Shown here piece by piece: positions 1 to 9,763 of a stretch of DNA of 64,000 nt. A model generated the notes under the pieces. It was not told the origin of the DNA. It worked only from the letters and a program-made list of their open reading frames with translations, and did not search any database. The position numbers and the translations under genes were made by a program. Position 1 is the first letter of the stretch. The number at the start of each line of letters is the position of its first letter. The DNA lies in the NCBI GenBank assembly GCA_965237525.1, contig CBDEFO010000008.1:1912494-1976493 (forward strand). The letters are read 5' to 3'. This stretch comes from Candidatus Latescibacterota bacterium. GTDB taxonomy: Bacteria > Latescibacterota > CBDEFO01.

Positions 1-139
1 AGACTTTTGGCTGGTTTGGCATTTTACCTTCCGCTGATATTCAATTGTGACTAGCTACTAGTGCCTATTTATTCCAAAATGCCCAATGTGTGGGGGCAGA
101 CCCAAGTGTCTGCCCTGAACATACAGATAAATTGCGCAC

Positions 140-254
140 GTCAGACAGGAATGTCTGACCCACCAGAAGAGCGTGTTGATAATGTGGTCGGTAGGACAGT
201 CCCCGCTCCCCGATTGAGTCTATCGGCGATTCAACCGGGGATTTGTCTGTCCCC
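140..254. repeat. ~115-bp MITE-like composite element, copy A (GTCAGACAGGAATGTCTGAC hairpin plus REP-like palindrome core)
   Basis: Near-identical over ~105 bp to 6730..6834. Contains REP core CCCCGATTGAGTCTATCGG at ~208-228 followed by the half-repeat ATTCAACCGGGG and GATTTGTCTGTCC. Confidence 0.6.
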
Positions 255-257
255 TGT

Positions 258-1376
258 CTACTTGTTTCGAGTTCCCAGCTTCACAAAGGGAGGCCGGACG
301 ACTTCTGCGGCCTTACTGCTGCCTCTTATATCTACTGCGATCTGCGTTCCTTCTTCCCTGTGATTCCACGACACATATCCCATTCCTATCCCACATTTCA
401 GGGAGGGAGAAAAGGTCCCGCTCGTTACAGAGCCTATCTCTTTTCCGTCTTTGCACAGTATCTTCTGATGACTTCTGGGTATCGCCTTTTCCACCATCTT
501 GAAGCCTACGAGTCTCTTTTTCAAGCCGTCCCTTTTCTGTCTCAGAAGGGCATCCTTGCCCACAAAGTCCTGGGGCTTATCCAGCTTGACCGTCCATTTG
601 AGGCGAGCCTCCAGGGGCGTTACGTCCTCGGTAAGATCGTTCCCGTAGAGTGGGTACCCTGCTTCTAATCTCAGAGTATCCCTTGCGCCGAGGCCCGCAG
701 GTACTGCGCCGTCTGTCGAGAGCGCCTCCCATACAGCGGCCGCATCGGACGGATCGCAGATTATCTCAAATCCGTCCTCTCCTGTGTAGCCCGTCCGGGA
801 GATAATGCACTCTTCCCCTGTGGATATCTTCCCTTCCACAAACCAGTAGTAGCCAATTTCGGAGAGGTTCACATCAGTGTGCCCAGACAAGATCTCCTCA
901 GCATGGGGACCCTGAAGCGCTATCATAGCGTATTCCTGGCTGACGTTTCGTGCTGATACATAATCAAATTCCCGCACTCTTTCTGCTGTCCACTCGTAGT
1001 CTGTATCTATCCTTGAGGCGTTGACCACAAGGAGAAAGAGGTCTTCCCTGCGCTTTAAGCAGACCAGATCGTCTATGATCCCGCCTTTTTCATTGCACAT
1101 AGGAGAATACAAAATTCTCCCTGGAACGAGGGAAGCAATGAGGTTCGGGAGCAGGTATTCCAAGAACTGTTCGGCTCTTTTCCCCTCGATTTCAATCTGT
1201 CCCATGTGAGAAACGTCGAAGATGCCGACCTTCTGTCTAACTTTGAGGTGCTCAAAGTTTATGCCCTGATACTGGACGGGCATCTCAAAACCTGCAAATT
1301 CTACCATCTTAGCGCTACTTTTGATATGCAGGTCGTAAAGAGGAGCCCTCTTAAGATCTCCTTCTGAATTTTCCAT
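258..1376 (-). CDS. gcvT: Glycine cleavage system T protein (aminomethyltransferase)
   Basis: 372-aa ORF with GcvT-like N-terminus (PLYDLH...AKMVEFAGFEMPVQY...GIFDVSHMG), folate-binding domain and typical C-terminus. Confidence 0.9.
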   Translation of the reverse strand: MENSEGDLKRAPLYDLHIKSSAKMVEFAGFEMPVQYQGINFEHLKVRQKVGIFDVSHMGQIEIEGKRAEQFLEYLLPNLIASLVPGRILYSPMCNEKGGIIDDLVCLKRREDLFLLVVNASRIDTDYEWTAERVREFDYVSARNVSQEYAMIALQGPHAEEILSGHTDVNLSEIGYYWFVEGKISTGEECIISRTGYTGEDGFEIICDPSDAAAVWEALSTDGAVPAGLGARDTLRLEAGYPLYGNDLTEDVTPLEARLKWTVKLDKPQDFVGKDALLRQKRDGLKKRLVGFKMVEKAIPRSHQKILCKDGKEIGSVTSGTFSPSLKCGIGMGYVSWNHREEGTQIAVDIRGSSKAAEVVRPPFVKLGTRNK

Positions 1377-2355
1377 AATCTTTACCTTTATCCATGTCTA
1401 TCTATCTTGTCATCCCGAAGTTGTCCAAAAAGATCACAAAGTCGGACAGACCGACCCCACCATCGCCGTTCAAGTCGAACGTTGGATCCCAATCTAGTGA
1501 ACTGTTCGTTGTCCCGAACACATCCAGAAAACGGACAAAGTCGGAAAGATCTACTTCATTATCCCCATCGAAATCGCCGGCGAGATCAATTATGCTAGAG
1601 GGCCCAGAGATATTGAACAGCACTGATATGCTGTCTCTTCTCCTGTTGACTACAACCAGGTCGCTGTCACCATCTCCGTCCAGACCCGTCATGAAAAGCC
1701 AACGCGGCCTATCACCGGCAAAGTAGTCCATCCTCACACCGAACGTTCCGTCTCCGTCGTTCAATAACACCGATACAGTGTTGCTGATTACGATAGCTAC
1801 AGCTATGTCGTTGTCTCCGTCCCCGTCTAAATCCTCAATGAATACTGACATAGGTTGAATTCCAACGCTATAGTCCTCCCTGGTGCCGAATCTCCCATCT
1901 CCTTTGTTAAGCAACATTGATACGCTATCGCCCTTCCAGTTCGCCGCAGCCAAGTCATAATGCCCATCACCGTTCAAATCCACACCTAAAACTGACCAGG
2001 GTTCATCCCCAACATCGTAGTCGGCCCTATTTGCGAACGTCCCATCTCCATTGTTTAGCAAAACTGATATGTTATTACTAGCCGAGTTGGCTACGGCCAA
2101 GTCATTGTGACCATCGCCGTTTAGGTCCGCACCATAAACTGCACGTGGACTATTCCCCACTTCATAGTCTGTCCTGGGCGCATATGTGCCATCTCCATTG
2201 TTTAATAACACCGACATGGTATTGCTCTCGAAATTACCAACGGCTAAGTCCTTATGGCCATCTCCACCCAAATCCGCGCCGAAAACTGAACGAGGTCCAC
2301 CGCCAACCGGATATACCGCCCTGGCTGCGAATGTGCCGTTTCCGTTGTTCATTAA

Positions 2356-3874
2356 AAGCCTTGTGAAATAGTTATGTCCCAGGCAGCGTCTGAAGCGCCG
2401 ATTATGGGTCAAAGAGTAGCATATCGTATCGTTTTGCTGTGGAATAAGCAAAATAGTCTTATCAGAGTTCTGGTCAGCAAGGAATAGGAGTTGTTTGAAG
2501 AACAGGATGCACTGTCTTTGACAGACAGGGCACACATAGACGCTTTCCCCCTTCTTATGAAAGATACAAGCCTCTTGAGATTCTGTACTGTTGCAACAAG
2601 ATTCAACTGTTCATTCAGTGAGGCTGGTCCTCTATAACGGGCTCGTCCCATACCGTGTTGTTGCCTGGCTTCAGCAAAGATATGTTCACTGCGTTTACGG
2701 AGTCTCCGGGAGAGTTTGTAGTCAGCTGTTAATGAGATAGACCGTGCATGATTTCTGGCTTTCGCCTCTCGCACTTTTCTATCCCGTTCGGCCTGAATAT
2801 GTGCTGGATTTGTCTTGTTTTTCCATGTAGGAATCGGTTCAATCTTCTCATCGGCTCGCAGAGGAATATGGGGTATGATTCCCCGGTCAAGTACATCAGC
2901 GATAAAATTACCAGAACCGTAACCGGTATCGGCACTAAGTGTCTGAATGTCTTTGGGCATGGTGTATGTTTCAAGGTCATCTACCATCTTAAGGGCACTT
3001 TCGGGCTCTGCTGTCCCTGTCGCCTGCGTGCCCTGAGTCTCAAGGATTACTCTGCTTTTTGTGTCGATCAGATCATGGCCCATAAACGAGAGAAAAGCCC
3101 CTTTGCCCTTCGATTTGCTGTATAAGCGCGCGTCGGGGTCTGTAGTCGAACGGTGTGTTTGGTTCGTCCACTTTTCACCATGAAAGTCTTTATCCTGAGG
3201 ATGCCCGGACCTACCCTTTGTCTTATCACCTTCAAAACCGATTCCCTTGAGATAATCATCAAGAGAAAAAGGGGGTTCTATCGGCTCAATACTTTTCACT
3301 GAAGCATCAGCTTGTATCTGAGTGCCGTCGACACTAAGGTGTTTACCGCTCACAACACCGACATCTATGCAACACTGGACTACCTGACGCATTATCCGTT
3401 CAAACAACCCACTGGATGCCCACTTGTGATTGCGAAGCTTGTTGATCGTGCTCCTATCCGGAACCGCATCATCAAATGTCTGATGACAAAACAACCGATA
3501 TGCCGCATGCATCCCCACTTCCTGACAGAGCCGATTCTCACTCAAATTATACAGATAGCCAATAAGGATCATTCGAACAACTAATTCAGGATCAATACCG
3601 GGTCTGCCATTGTCAGGGCAATAACAATCTGATACAACGTCTCGTACAAATGAAAAATCAACTGCCTCATCAATCTGACGAAGGATATGATCCTCGGGAA
3701 CTAAATCCTCCATCTGAAAATAGTGAAACATCGGATTTGTCTGTTCCTGCTCTTGTGGGGTCATTGTTTCCTCCATGTATAATATTATCAATAACATAAT
3801 ATAATACATCGGAGCTGCTTTATCAATGCTTGTTCTATACTACTTTCTGAATCTAAGGGTTTTTCACAAGGCTT
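2356..3874 (-). mobile_element. Insertion sequence copy 1 (IS5/IS1182-like DDE element, ~1.52 kb)
   Basis: 13-bp perfect TIR AAGCCTTGTGAAA / TTTCACAAGGCTT. Flanked by TSD TTAA (2352-2355 and 3875-3878). More than 99% identical to copies at 10783..12302 and 14637..16156. Confidence 0.85.
2409..3809 (-). CDS. DDE transposase (InsH-N-terminal-like domain plus DDE catalytic domain)
   Basis: 466-aa ORF filling the TIR-bounded element. N-terminal region LVVRMILIGYLYNLSENRLCQEVGMHAAYRLFC resembles the IS5/IS1182 transposase N-domain. Confidence 0.8.
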   Translation of the reverse strand: MYYIMLLIILYMEETMTPQEQEQTNPMFHYFQMEDLVPEDHILRQIDEAVDFSFVRDVVSDCYCPDNGRPGIDPELVVRMILIGYLYNLSENRLCQEVGMHAAYRLFCHQTFDDAVPDRSTINKLRNHKWASSGLFERIMRQVVQCCIDVGVVSGKHLSVDGTQIQADASVKSIEPIEPPFSLDDYLKGIGFEGDKTKGRSGHPQDKDFHGEKWTNQTHRSTTDPDARLYSKSKGKGAFLSFMGHDLIDTKSRVILETQGTQATGTAEPESALKMVDDLETYTMPKDIQTLSADTGYGSGNFIADVLDRGIIPHIPLRADEKIEPIPTWKNKTNPAHIQAERDRKVREAKARNHARSISLTADYKLSRRLRKRSEHIFAEARQQHGMGRARYRGPASLNEQLNLVATVQNLKRLVSFIRRGKASMCALSVKDSASCSSNNSYSLLTRTLIRLFCLFHSKTIRYATL

Positions 3875-4600
3875 TTAATACAGACGCAGTATTGCCGTAG
3901 AAATCGGCCACAGCCAAGTCATTATCTCCATCTCTATCGAAATCCACACTGAATACTGAATTGGGAGCATCCCCGGCAGCATAGTCCACCTTAGGTGAAA
4001 ATGTGCCATCTCCATTATTCAAGGACACTGACACAGTATTGGCGAACCTATTGGCCACAGCTAAATCGTTATATCCATCGTCATCTAAATCTGTGCAGAA
4101 GACCGATGCAGGAGCGTCCCCAGCAGGATAGTCTACTTTATTCGCAAATGTCCCGTCTCCATTATTGGACAACACAGATATATTATCGCTGAGCCAGTTA
4201 GCCACAGCCAGATCATAGTCTCCATCGTCATCCAGATCTGCGCTGAAGAGCGAGGCCGGGGTAGCACCAGCAAGATAGTCTGCCTTGGCTGTAAATGTTC
4301 CGTCTCCGTTGTTGAACAGGACAGACACATTGTCGTTGTTGAGATTGGCCACAGCCAGGTCATTATCTCCATCGCTATCAAGATCTGCGCTGAAGATCTA
4401 TACCGGACGATCGCCAACGGGGTAGTCAGTCCGGATTCCGAAAATAGCCTGTGCAGAGGCAGGCGCGTTCAAAGCGAGCGATAGCACCAGAGTAGCATAT
4501 GGGATAGTTCGACTCATTTTGATGATCTACTTGTTGGTATAGTGCTCACCATTGTGTGGAACTCCAGGCCTTGGTCCTTGGTAATCGATATTTCTTGGAT

Positions 4601-5746
4601 TTATCCAGCCCTGCCGAAGTTATCCAAGAAGATCACAAAGTCGGACAGACCGACATCCCCATCATCGTCCAAGTCAAATGCAGGATCCCAATCGGCTGAA
4701 GTGGTTGTTGCCCCAAACACATCCAGAAAACGGACAAAGTCGGAAAGTCCTACTTCACTGTCCCCATCGAAATCACCTACAAGGCCGGGGACGCCAACAG
4801 GGATATCGGAGAGATTTAACAGAACTGAAATGTAATCCATGAGGCCAGAGTTAGCCACAGCCAGGTCGTTATCTCCATCTCCATCTAAATCTGCCGCGAA
4901 TAGTGATACGGGAGTATATCCAGCGGGATAGTTTAGCTTAGGTGCGAATGTGCCATCTCCGTTATTCATCAATATTGACACATTGTCACTTCCCCCATTA
5001 GCTACAGCTAGATCACTATCGTCATCTCCATCTAAATCTGCAACGAATACTGATTTCGGGTAACGCCCAACAGCATACTCCATGTTGCTTGGAAAGGTCC
5101 CATCGCCCTTATTCAATAGCAGGGATACACTGTGCCTGGAGTAGTTAGGCACAGCCAGATCATTGTCTCTATCCCCATCCAAATCTGCAGCGAATACCGA
5201 AGAACCTCCGCTGATATCGTAGTCAGTCCTTGGCGCGAAAAGACCGGTGCGAGTAACGATTTCTATGGTCTTTTCGGCTACCGATGTAATTCCAGGTTCA
5301 TATGATTTGAATTCTCCCTTAATGGTATAGGTTCCTTCAGGTAGTGTTTCACTTTTGAGACATCCCCAATTGTCTTCTGTGCATTCGTCTAATTTCCACA
5401 TAAATAGAAAGGCGGTTTCACCGGGTTTAAGCTCCACCTCTGTTATTAGATCACAATGTGTACCAGGAGGGATTATGAACCTTCTCCCGGAAGAATCAAA
5501 ATAGGATAGAGTACAAGCCTCGTAAAATGGATTAAATATATACGATACTTTGCCCGTATTTTTTATCATAATTTCTACTGGTTCTCCAACATTGTGAGTA
5601 TCGCTGATAGCAAATTGTATATCTGAAGTGACGCTATCTATCTGACTTTTCGCTCCCGTGTTGCCGGTCGCCCAGATGTCCACATATAAATACTGATTTA
5701 GAGCAACCGATAGCACTATAACAGTAAAGAAGATCTTTCGATTCAT
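4601..5746 (-). CDS. FG-GAP/VCBS-repeat secreted protein with C-terminal dockerin-like module (intact paralog)
   Basis: Start at MNRKIFFTVIVLSVALN (signal peptide). Four FG-GAP-like repeats. C-terminal ~60 aa nearly identical at DNA level to the 3' end of the 1402..2355 fragment. Confidence 0.75.
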   Translation of the reverse strand: MNRKIFFTVIVLSVALNQYLYVDIWATGNTGAKSQIDSVTSDIQFAISDTHNVGEPVEIMIKNTGKVSYIFNPFYEACTLSYFDSSGRRFIIPPGTHCDLITEVELKPGETAFLFMWKLDECTEDNWGCLKSETLPEGTYTIKGEFKSYEPGITSVAEKTIEIVTRTGLFAPRTDYDISGGSSVFAADLDGDRDNDLAVPNYSRHSVSLLLNKGDGTFPSNMEYAVGRYPKSVFVADLDGDDDSDLAVANGGSDNVSILMNNGDGTFAPKLNYPAGYTPVSLFAADLDGDGDNDLAVANSGLMDYISVLLNLSDIPVGVPGLVGDFDGDSEVGLSDFVRFLDVFGATTTSADWDPAFDLDDDGDVGLSDFVIFLDNFGRAG

Positions 5747-5801
5747 AGTGATTCTCTTTCCAGCTAGATAGTCCACAGAATTCTGCACAGCACTGACCTC
5801 C

Positions 5802-5993
5802 TCAGAACCAATGCAGTTTCTCCCCCAGAACGTTCTCGAATATATTCAACGCTCTGTCCAGATCTTCATCTCTATGGGCCGGTGACAGGTAGGTCTTACC
5901 TCCGGGAGTCACGAAGAGGTCTCTCTTTAGGAGTTCTATCCGAAATCTCCGGGCCTTATGGGCGTCCGCCTTCAGATAGGACTCCCAATCCAC
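5802..5993 (-). pseudogene. C-terminal remnant of a class-III aminotransferase (HemL-like)
   Basis: Only ~63 aa present: ARRFRIELLKRDLFVTPGGKTYLSPAHRDEDLDRAL matches the conserved C-terminus of glutamate-1-semialdehyde aminomutase-type enzymes. No N-terminal body upstream; the LOG gene abuts. Confidence 0.55.
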
Positions 5994-6016
5994 TCGGTCT
6001 CTCCTGTATTTGACGG

Positions 6017-6695
6017 TCAGGCATCAGTTTTGTAGAAACTCTCTATAGCCTTGACAGCCTCCTGGGGTGTCTCGACTATCTGGAATATATCCATATCCTC
6101 AGGAGAAATATACTTCTCCGTCAAAAGGACTTTCTTCATCCAATCTACAAGACCGTTCCAGTATTCTCCTCCCATAAGGATTACGGGAAAGTTGTGTATC
6201 CTTTCAGTCTGAATCAAGGTTGTAGCTTCGAAGAATTCATCCAGTGTTCCCAAACCGCCCGGAAATATGACGAATGCCGAGGCGTACTTCACGAACATGG
6301 TCTTGCGGGAGAAGAAGTATCTGAACGATAACAGGGTCTCGATGTAGGGATTCGGCTTCTGCTCTGAGGGAAGTTCTATGTTCAAGCCGATGGACTTTCC
6401 CCTTTGTCCCTAACGCTCCTTTGTTGGCCGCCTCCATAATCCCCGGCCCACCACCCGTTATCACGGCGTATCCGGCCTGAGCAAAGAGCTGTGCGGTTTC
6501 TTCTGCTTTTTTGTAGAACTTGCTGTCTTCTGGAGTCCTGGCAGATCCGAAGATTGTGACTGCGGGTCCTATCTTTGAGAGATCCTCAAATCCCTCCACA
6601 AACTCCGCCACTATCCTGAAGATCCGCCACGTATCGTCTTGGGTGAAGCTGGAACTCGTGTCTCTGTCCAGGCTCGTATAATCATCTGATCTCAT
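6017..6695 (-). pseudogene. LOG family protein (cytokinin riboside 5'-monophosphate phosphoribohydrolase-like, TIGR00730) with 1-nt frameshift
   Basis: Two overlapping ORFs (6237..6758 and 6017..6385) carry the LOG motifs GGGPGIMEA and PGGLGTLDEF. Deleting one nucleotide in the acaaaggggaaagtcc run (~6400) joins them into ...TKGKSIGLNIELPSEQ.... True start is ATG at 6695..6693 with an upstream AGGAG; the longer ORF start lies inside the MITE-like repeat. Confidence 0.65.
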
Positions 6696-6729
6696 CTTAT
6701 CTCCTTGAAAAACATAAGGGGTCCCCTCA

Positions 6730-6834
6730 GTCAGACAGGAATGTCTGACCCACCACAAAGTGTGTTGATAATATGGTTGGTAGGGCAGTCCCCGATTGAG
6801 TCTATCGGGGATTCAATCGGGGATTTGTCTGTCC
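6730..6834. repeat. ~105-bp MITE-like composite element, copy B
   Basis: GTCAGACAGGAATGTCTGAC ... CCCCGATTGAGTCTATCGGGGATTCAATCGGGGATTTGTCTGTCC. Near-identical to 140..254. Confidence 0.6.
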
Positions 6835-6880
6835 ATTTGCACATCACACGGGAGTGTCTGACTCTTCTTGGGGAAAAGGT

Positions 6881-9565
6881 TCAATGCGCCTCCAACCAGC
6901 TGTCTCCGACTCCCACTTCCACCTTTATCGGCACAGAAAGTTCATATGCCCCTTCCATGTCCTCTACAATTAAGCGCTTTGCCTCCTCCACCTCATCTTT
7001 GGGGGTCTCAAAGACGAGTTCGTCGTGAACCTGAAGTATCATCTTAGTTCTCAGGTTCTCCTTTTTGATCCTTCTGTGGATGTTGATCATCGCGATCTTT
7101 ATGATGTCTGCGGCTGTTCCCTGAATAGGCGTGTTGATAGCTGTCCTTTCGGAAACTTCTCGAATCCTTGCATTGGAACTCTTGATTTCAGGAAGATACC
7201 TCCTCCTGCCCAGAAGCGTGGTTACATATCCCTTTTCTTTGGCATCCTGAATCGTCTGATCGAAGTATCTTTTGACTCCCGGATAGACCGCAAAGTAACT
7301 GTCTATAAAATCCTGCGCCTCCTTTTGGCCTATTCCCAACTGTCTGGACAGCCCGAAGGCAGTCTGTCCGTAAATCGTGGCGAAGTTGACGGTCTTTGCC
7401 TGCGCCCTCATCTCGGGGGTCACTAACTCCGGGAATACGTTGAACATAAGAGAAGCTGTCTTCTGATGAACGTCTTCATCTCTTTTGAAGGCCTCTATGA
7501 GGGCGTCGTCCCCTGAAAAGTGCGCCATGACCCTCAGCTCGATCTGAGAATAATCTGCCGACATCAAGACCCACGATCTGTCCTCCGTAATGAAGGCCTG
7601 TCGAATCCGTCTTCCTATATCCGTGCGTATGGGTATGTTCTGGAGATTGGGGTCTGAGCTTGAGAGCCTGCCCGTGGCAGCAACGGTCTGGTTGAAAGAC
7701 GTGTGTGTCCTTCTGGTCTCTAAATTGACCAATTTGGGCAGGGCGTCAACGTAGGTGGATTTCAATTTGGATAGCTGCCTGTAATCCAGAAGCAATTTGG
7801 GCAGTCTGTGTTCCTCTGCAAGTTCTTCCAAAACATCTACATCGGTGGAATAGCCAGTTTTCGTCTTCTTACCGGGGGGCAGTTTAAGCTTCTCAAAGAG
7901 GATATAGGAAAGCTGTTGAGTCGAATTGATATTGAACTTTTCGTCCGCTTCCTCGTATATCCTCTCCTCCAAGTTTTCAAGACCCGTCTTCAGCTCCTCG
8001 GACATCTCCTTTAAGAAGTCTATATCCACCGAGACACCCGACATCTCCATATCCACCAGGACATCCACCAGGGGCATTTCTATCTTAAAAAAGAGTTCTT
8101 CGAGGCCCTTCTCCCTTAGCTCATTGGACAGAACGCTCTTCAGTCTTAACGTTATATCAGCATCCTCTGATGAGTAATCGCGGGCTGTATCTACAGGCAC
8201 CTTGGCAAAGCTTATCTGCTTTTTCCCTGTCCCTATCAGATCGGAAATCGGCGTCATCTTATAGCCGAGATACCGCATGCTCAACGAATCTAAGCTGTGC
8301 TGGCGGGATGAAGGGTCTATAAGATAAGCGGCTATCATAGTATCGAAAGTGAAGCCCACAGAATCTATGCCGTATCTTTTCAGGACGGTAATATCGTATT
8401 TTACGTTCTGGCCCAACTTTTCGATTTTGGGATCTTGCAGGATCGGCTTTATCTTCTCTAATGTTAATTCTATGTCTACGTTGCCGCCCTCTTCGTGCCC
8501 TAAAGGTATATAGAAGCCCTCTTTCTGCTTCAGCGACACGGATATTCCCAGTATCTCAGCCTGCATCGCATCCACGCCAGTGGTCTCTACGTCTATGCAA
8601 AATACCCCTTCTTTTTCTATCTTCTTCAGCAGACGCTTAAGTCCGTTCTCATCCACCGTCCTGTAGTCGGCATCTTCTGCTCTTTTTTCCTTGGCTATCT
8701 CGACCAGAAACCTGTTAAACTCAAGCTCTTTGAAAACCTCTCTCAGCGCCTCAAAATTGAACTGGTTGCGCTTCAGATCCTCTATTTTGTACTCTATGGG
8801 AACATCCGTTTTTATCGTCACGAGCTCTTTGGCTCTGGTCGCATCGTCTCTTTGCTGGTTTATGTTTTCTCTAACTTTCCTTTTACTTATGGCGTCGGCG
8901 TTTTTTAAAACCTCTTCAAGGCTCCCATATTCTACGATCAATTCTAAGGCCGTCTTGGGGCCTATTCCCGAGATTCCGGGGACGTTGTCCGACGAATCGC
9001 CCACCAGACTTAAGATATCCACCACCCTATCGGGTCCTACGCCCATCTTTTCTAAGACAGCCTGTTTATCCATCAGTTCGGTCTCTTTGCCTCCTTTTGG
9101 CAGATTCATAATCTTAACGTTATCAGAGACCAACTGCATAAAATCCTTGTCCCCCGTTACCAGAATAACCTCTATATCCTCCTTTTGTGCCCTTTTGGCC
9201 AGGGTTCCCATAATGTCGTCCGCTTCGAATCCCTCAAGCTCTAAGACGGTTATCCTCATTCCCTCCAATATCTGATATATCCTCGGCAGTGAGGCGCTCA
9301 TCTTGTCCGGCATCTTCTGGCGGGTTGCCTTGTATTCCTTATACATCTTATGTCTGAAGGTAGGAGAGGGAGTGTCAAACACGACAGCTATATAATCTGG
9401 ATCTTCATCCTTTAAAAGCTTGATCATAGTCGATGTAAAACCGAAGGGGGCAGATGTATCTTCCCCCTTGGAAGTTGTCAGAGGTTCCCTGGAGGAAATA
9501 CCATAGTACGATCTATACGCCAGTGCCGAGCCATCTATTAGAAAGAGCCGTCTCCTTTTGTCCAT
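6881..9565 (-). CDS. polA: DNA polymerase I
   Basis: 894-aa ORF. 5'-3' exonuclease N-terminus (LFLIDGSALAYRSYY), 3'-5' exonuclease domain and polymerase motifs (…RRRAKTVNFATIYG…, …QVHDELVFE…). Confidence 0.95.
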   Translation of the reverse strand: MDKRRRLFLIDGSALAYRSYYGISSREPLTTSKGEDTSAPFGFTSTMIKLLKDEDPDYIAVVFDTPSPTFRHKMYKEYKATRQKMPDKMSASLPRIYQILEGMRITVLELEGFEADDIMGTLAKRAQKEDIEVILVTGDKDFMQLVSDNVKIMNLPKGGKETELMDKQAVLEKMGVGPDRVVDILSLVGDSSDNVPGISGIGPKTALELIVEYGSLEEVLKNADAISKRKVRENINQQRDDATRAKELVTIKTDVPIEYKIEDLKRNQFNFEALREVFKELEFNRFLVEIAKEKRAEDADYRTVDENGLKRLLKKIEKEGVFCIDVETTGVDAMQAEILGISVSLKQKEGFYIPLGHEEGGNVDIELTLEKIKPILQDPKIEKLGQNVKYDITVLKRYGIDSVGFTFDTMIAAYLIDPSSRQHSLDSLSMRYLGYKMTPISDLIGTGKKQISFAKVPVDTARDYSSEDADITLRLKSVLSNELREKGLEELFFKIEMPLVDVLVDMEMSGVSVDIDFLKEMSEELKTGLENLEERIYEEADEKFNINSTQQLSYILFEKLKLPPGKKTKTGYSTDVDVLEELAEEHRLPKLLLDYRQLSKLKSTYVDALPKLVNLETRRTHTSFNQTVAATGRLSSSDPNLQNIPIRTDIGRRIRQAFITEDRSWVLMSADYSQIELRVMAHFSGDDALIEAFKRDEDVHQKTASLMFNVFPELVTPEMRAQAKTVNFATIYGQTAFGLSRQLGIGQKEAQDFIDSYFAVYPGVKRYFDQTIQDAKEKGYVTTLLGRRRYLPEIKSSNARIREVSERTAINTPIQGTAADIIKIAMINIHRRIKKENLRTKMILQVHDELVFETPKDEVEEAKRLIVEDMEGAYELSVPIKVEVGVGDSWLEAH

Positions 9566-9645
9566 GATCTGAACATCCTTTTTAAGGAAAAGATTTCCTT
9601 GATAATTTACGAGTAATTAGCTATTATCTTATACGACATGAAGGT

Positions 9646-9743
9646 GGGAATGGCTGAGTCACTGGTGGGCTTCGCGGACTTCAAATCCGTTGCGGCGTAC
9701 TAACACTGCGCTGGGTGGGTTCGATTCCCACACATTCCCGCCA
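9646..9743 (+). tRNA. selC: tRNA-Sec (anticodon UCA)
   Basis: ~98-nt tRNA. Acceptor GGGAATG/CATTCCC plus discriminator G plus CCA. Anticodon loop CTTCAAA (TCA). Long variable arm. T-arm GGGTTCGATTCCC. Confidence 0.8.
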
Positions 9744-9763
9744 AAGAGATAGTAGCCCCCGCT

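Larger units (their letters stand above)
1402..4517 (-). pseudogene. FG-GAP/VCBS-repeat secreted protein with C-terminal dockerin-like module, disrupted by IS insertion and an in-frame TAG
   Basis: Signal peptide MSRTIPYATLVLSLALNAPASAQA at 4517 downward. Repeated DY.VG..P.SVF.ADLDGDG / NT.SVLLNNGDGTF units. Reading frame is continuous across 2356..3874 once the IS and one TTAA are removed (…GNTASVL|MNNGNGTF…). TAG at ~4400..4398 lies where paralogous repeats have S/W. C-terminus DFDGD.EV.LSDFV.FLD..G resembles a dockerin/EF-hand pair. Confidence 0.7.

Noticed and set aside
61-1376. ORFs 61..363 and 243..668 (+) and the short ORFs 1021..1209 and 1073..1255
   Set aside because: They are antisense or overlapping with the well-supported gcvT gene or run through the MITE-like repeat. 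They lack RBSs or domain signal.
2729-3584. Multiple 60-125-aa ORFs inside each transposase copy
   Set aside because: Identical shadow ORFs recur in all three IS copies on the opposite strand or frame of the 466-aa transposase. No independent support.
7025-9275. ORFs 7025..7426, 7808..8014, 7926..8177 and 8691..9275 on the plus strand
   Set aside because: All lie antisense within polA and have low-complexity S/L-rich translations typical of shadow ORFs.
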